A DNA stretch of 64,000 bases from Fimbriosthenelais zetlandica (taxonomy: Eukaryota), in the NCBI GenBank assembly GCA_977030845.1, contig OZ365118.1, positions 3,162,001 to 3,226,000 on the forward strand. The letters run 5' to 3'. Shown here one piece after another: positions 61,801-64,000 of this stretch. Position 1 is the first letter of the stretch, and each line of letters begins with the position of its first letter. Both the position numbers and the translations under genes were made by a program. The notes below the pieces were generated by a model. It was not told where the DNA came from, searched no databases, and worked only from the letters and a program-made list of their open reading frames with translations.

Positions 61801-62453
61801 ACATGCAAGGTTAAGCGCATTCTGTTGTTATGAGAGAACAATTACATGGGGGGATGGCAATAGATGAAATCTGATTGTCATAATTTCCTTCAGAGATATT
61901 CCCTGGGGGTATCTGTCGTAGTTTTCACCTATAGCGAGGTGACAAGAAGGGGCCTTTTTATAGGAGTTGAGAGCTTATGAAGCTTTATGTATGTCTATGC
62001 ACTATGCTCTACAGAAATGAAATATAATCACTCCTTTATGTCTGACTCTTTGTCAATGTACACAATGAAAATCATTCTATATGCCATGAAAGAAGTAGTT
62101 TTTTTGGCAAAAGATGTATGCTACATAGTTTGCTATTTTCAAGTTAGTCACTTAAATATTGTTTTAGGTAAGAGTTGACCTGAAGAGGCAGGGAAACAAG
62201 ACTAATATCACTTTCTCTGATTGCTAAGTACCGCCCTTTGCCCTTTCGTCCCAGGGAATACCTGTTTTGGCCTGAGGGGAGATTTCCTAATCAGTGGGGA
62301 TATAATAAGTGACATACAATGGTCAGAGGTTAGGTCGGATTAGGCTAATCCTCGACTATGCCTTACATATCTCATATCAACAAAAGGCACTGGTTGGATT
62401 TTCTTATTAATGAGTAGAATAACAATTGAATTGTCTGTCAGTGAACATACATT

Positions 62454-62534
62454 TGTAATGCATAATGTGTAATACATATATAATGTGTAATGCATATAAG
62501 TGTAATGTATATATAATGTGTAATGCATATATAA
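62454..62534. repeat. AT-rich about 18-20-bp minisatellite (TGTAATGCATATAATG-like)
   Basis: TGTAAT(G/A)CAT(AT)nAA(T)G repeated 4-5 times. Confidence 0.85.
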
Positions 62535-64000
62535 AGTGGCTCTATCCACTATAGTCCACTTTTGAGACTGGAATTTAAGGTACAGAGAAGGGAAACCACC
62601 TAATCAGAATACTAAAGGTTTATAAGAGGACAGAAGGGCTGGGTTTGTCTGATAATCTCACCGTTAGAAGCGTTTACAGGCTGGTACATGTGTAATTGTT
62701 CATCACTAGAGCGTCTGTTTGACAAGCTAACACATGAACAAAGCACCCTACCCCCATCCTCCCCTGCTAGCTGCTATTTCTTAGGTTGACACAAGAAACA
62801 GCTGATCCTATGCTGGCCTCTTAAGTACGGGTTTAAATACAGCTTTTGTCTTCCAGCGGGGACATTGGTGGGTCGATGATTACATTTGGCAGCTTGCCTT
62901 GCTTCATAATACAGCTTTTCCACTAACAAATATGCATGATCGGTGCAATTAGCTTATCATATGAATATGAGGAAGGATGAATATATTTAAAATATGCCTC
63001 AGGGTTTTGGTTTGTATTTTTGATCTTGGTTTGAGTTGTTGCTTTACTGTATTGGAATAATTAATGTGGTGGTGGTATTTATCATGGCCTGGGAATGTGG
63101 AGCTCCCTCACATGCACTTGTCAGTAATATTGTTCCTTTGAACAGAATATAATTGCATCCAAATTGCATGCGGCTAGATTTGCACTGGGAATAATTACAC
63201 ACTTGTGAAAGTGTTTTGAGTTGTGACATTACAGTTGTATATATGCCTCGAGTAGGCGAAATTACACGCAATTACTCAAACTATTAACCATACGAGTCTC
63301 CCTCTCAAATTTATAGCCAGAAAATAATCCTTTATTCCCTCCAGTTATACTTTAACGACTTCAAAAACAAGTTTGAATGCACGGCCTTGGTGCACCTGAG
63401 CTTGAGTATGGGGAGTTAGGGATGTCCAGACGCGGCCAGGTTTTTGACAGAGTCTTATTATAGTGAGACAGGAGAGTGACCAGGTCGAGACCTTGGTATG
63501 TCAATCACCCCTCATACTCCTCTCCACTTACAACTTTTACTCTATGTTTGTTAAAGCTGGCCTGGCTAGACGGCTATAAAGATATGCTTGCTTGATCAGG
63601 GCTCTACATATGTACCCAGAGGCTCACGTGTGCCGTGAAAATGATACACCTTTATATGGTCCATTATATGAGTCATCAGTTCTACCAACATGGGTGTCCA
63701 TTGACCAGGGGTGTGCTCACAGTTACGCTTTAATAATCTTAAGTTTATGGACTAAAATATCGTAGTTTTCTTTTGCAACAGGCCTTAGGTATTGGTAATG
63801 CGATATATATGTGCCCTCAAATTTCCCTTTGACCCACCACCCAACTTTTAACAATCGTGAATCCAGAATCCCAATCCTGAATAAATTGTTTAATATTCCC
63901 CTTATATTCCTTATTGGGAAAATTCCATTGGAAGGCTGAAGCCAGGTGGAGAATACCTCAGTATATTGTTCCATTATTGCTCATTTGAGTTGATATTATC

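Overview
This window is eukaryotic genomic DNA, roughly 40-43% GC by eye, with homopolymer tracts, microsatellites and small foldback elements. It is most likely from a marine invertebrate (inference only). I find no intact, recognisable protein-coding gene, rRNA, tRNA or CRISPR array. The ORF track is almost all short chance ORFs, so the window looks like a gene desert or a very large intron. Best-supported content: (1) a heavily decayed minus-strand DIRS1-like tyrosine-recombinase retrotransposon at about 16.15-18.53 kb, read by hand across frameshifts in the canonical RT-RNaseH-methyltransferase-YR order; (2) two clear MITE/foldback elements (35918-36069 and 40089-40286); (3) many short tandem duplications; (4) motif-level regulatory signals. 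These signals are DR5 nuclear-receptor elements (11358 and a duplicated pair at 29340/29393), a DR1/IR0 half-site cluster at 7314-7366, two perfect CTCF-consensus matches, and several CpG-rich promoter-like patches. The strongest patch is at about 57.0-58.0 kb and contains a pre-miRNA-shaped hairpin. I cannot demonstrate a new biological system from the sequence alone. The regulatory and hairpin observations are hypotheses that need conservation and expression data.
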